From positions 29,035,499-29,099,498 of the forward strand of contig NC_068989.1 of the NCBI RefSeq assembly GCF_001194135.2: a stretch of 64,000 nt of DNA, in the 5' to 3' direction. Each line of letters begins with the position of its first letter. Position 1 is the stretch's first letter. The translations under genes and the position numbers were made by a program. The stretch comes from Octopus bimaculoides. Taxonomy: Eukaryota. Under the pieces are notes generated by a model. That model did not search any database, was not told the origin of the DNA, and saw only the letters and a list, made by a program, of their open reading frames with translations. Below, piece by piece: positions 61,611 through 64,000 of this stretch.

Positions 61611-63623
61611 TAATAATGATGTTTAAAGTTTTCAAAATACAGTACGTGGTGCTATAAGACAAAAGTACATGTTTCTCATTGGAACGATAAAACTGAAAAT
61701 ATCATTAACATATTCAAACAGTAAAAACATGTTTTCGTTGTCAGTCTAGATGTGTAGTCACAGAATATACTTGAACATTTCTATCAGCTATGTAGCTACC
61801 AGAGAATACATCTCTCCCTCCACCAAACACATGCAGAATTTTAAATAAAGTGATGAAAATAATGTTAGTTTTGAAATCCACTTTCTCCAAAATAGCTTTT
61901 TATTACTCAATTTTCAATTCACAATTTTGTCTTTGTACATAAATAAAGAGAGAACAAAAGATAAATAAATTAACATAGTAAAGATTCTTGTAGGAATGCT
62001 CTGGCTCACAGATGTTCATTTTCCCAACTCTGAAACTGTCTAATTCTAAAATAAACTAACAACAGAGAAACAGAAATATCAACTGCAAACACTATTTTTC
62101 ATCAGTAAATATATTACATAAACATATTTTCACATGTATGTGTGTATGTGAGCGAGCACACGCATGTACACATATTTGTACTTGTCTGTTTGTGTATATG
62201 TGGTGATTCGTAAGTTTCTTTAGAACATAAATCATTAAAAAAAACTTTTGATTTAAAATTTGTTACAATTTTTGGTACTCATATATATGCACATATGCAT
62301 AAAAATATATAAGTATGTGTGCATATATATATATATATATGCACACACACATGTGTATATTAGAAATAAATGTCAGTAATGAGAGATGAGAGAGAGTATT
62401 CATTGTCCTAAAATTGATACAATATATCTATCTGTCTGTCTATATAAAGCATTGAGAAGTAATGATCCAAAGAATACAAACAGAGTACGGTGGAGTTTCT
62501 ATGGTGCACAGGCACTTCTTCAGACAAATGCCAAATTGGCAGAGAGACATAGTTCATCACTACACTGGTGAAAGTAGTATAGAAAATAGTGCATGTATGA
62601 GGGCTTCCTTCTTGGACTCCTGTATGTGTGTTATTATTGTTGCTAATACCATAAAAATCCATGTCATTTGTGTGTAATTTAAGCAGGTGATTTTCAGGAT
62701 AAAAATTGTTAAAAAAAAGCTTCTACTTGTGTAAAATTCGTACCCAAAAGTTTTCAGAATTGCTGATATGGCCAGGAAAAAAAAGGTTTTCAATTTAGCT
62801 GCATTTAGCATAATTTCACTTACGTATGATTAGATTTTATTAAATTTTCATTAAATAAAAATAATTTCTGTTTAACAGGTATCACATTGAAAGCTATTAA
62901 ATTATGAATTGTTTGTGTTGTTTATAATAAACTTTATTTTACATTTTTTGCTCACAAGAGATTATGTCCAATCTTTAGCATACTTCTGTATGTCTTCTCA
63001 AATTACAATCACAGGAAAAGTTGTTGATAATTCTTATCAACAAAAACAAAGCTGATAAATATGCACAAGTGTTGCAAAATAAGTTTAATTACTAATTAAC
63101 ATCAGCTTGGATGATACTTTACTCAACCAACAGAGGAAGGTGACTGATCAAACTAACTATGTTAACAGAATTCCAATTGATCGAAATGCCTATTCTTGTC
63201 AGAACCTTTGATATAGAGTATCAAAATTTTAATCCCTTTCACACTTATAAAATGTCAAGCAAACTTAAGAATTTGTCATTACCATTTTAACTGGGAGACC
63301 ATACTGATAGTTTGATAACCCGCTAAAATAAACATTAAAAATCAAAGGGAGAAAACAAACAGTTTTGCAAGTTTGACTCAGTGTTTATTGAACAAGAAAG
63401 GTGTGAAATTTAAGAAGCGACTTGTTAGAATATACACATGTGTGAGGAGACATAAACAGGAATAGCAAAAATCTACTATACCAAATGAACATACAAGTGT
63501 TCTATGAAGAGAACATAAGACTGCCACAAAATTCAACATGAATGTGAAAGGACATTAAACATCATATAAGGTAAATGAAGGTTTCTGTAGGAACGCTAAA
63601 TCATATTCTCTTAGTGAGTTTAC

Positions 63624-64000
63624 ATGCGCAAGTTACTTGAAGCATTTAACGAAATAGAAGGGGATATAGCATCATACAACGTGGAAGACAATTGGAGATT
63701 TCTGCGGGACAACCTGTTGAAAGCCACCGACCAGATTTGTGGGTGGTGTAAGGTCCCCTCCCAACCCAGAGTAACGTGGTGGTGGAACAAGGAGGTAGAC
63801 AGGGCTATAAGACAAAAGAAACAAGCTTGGAAGGACTGGAAGAACGGTGGTAGCAGGGAATTGTACCAATGTGCCAGAAGGGAGGCTAGGCGACAGGTTT
63901 ATTTAGCCAGAGGGGAAGCAGATAAGGAAAGATTTGCCAATGTTCTGCGCCGTGAGGACCAAAGACTCGAGGTATTTCGGGTTGCAAGACAGTGTAGGAG
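63624..64000 (+). mobile_element. RTE LINE ORF (EN-RT linker), uninterrupted to the window end
   Basis: KLLEAFNEIEGDIASYNVEDNWRFLRDNLLKATDQICGW...TWWWNKEVDRAIRQKKQAWKDW...; about 125 open codons, CpG-rich relative to the flanks. Confidence 0.9.

Overview
AT-rich, microsatellite-dense eukaryotic DNA with five N-gaps. The repeat repertoire (tRNA-derived SINEs, RTE LINEs with (TGA)n tails, long (TA)n/(CA)n tracts) suggests an octopus/cephalopod draft assembly; this is inference, not verified. Most of the window appears to be intronic to a minus-strand host gene that I cannot name: two well-supported exons (14600-14989, 4785-5089) and one tentative micro-exon. The rest is a transposon graveyard. 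DNA elements: a full-length Tc1 with TIRs and TA TSD, mariner, possible pogo, hAT and piggyBac MITEs, a Chapaev3-like element, a Helitron and Helentron-type non-autonomous elements. Retroelements: a Ty3/Gypsy provirus, RTE and CR1-type LINE fragments, four R4/Dong-like RLE fragments that abut (AAT)n, and an ORF1-only LINE derivative. The most unusual signals are: (1) a ~280-bp perfect-style palindrome whose arms each contain a minimal type I hammerhead-ribozyme fold with a compensatory G3:C8 core; (2) tandem, covarying H-type pseudoknots in the RTE 3' UTR; (3) a mosaic LTR pair suggesting one-sided gene conversion; (4) an (AAT)n-restricted ~530-bp non-coding element. No CRISPR array, rRNA or genuine tRNA gene was seen. 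Many boundaries were read by eye and are approximate.
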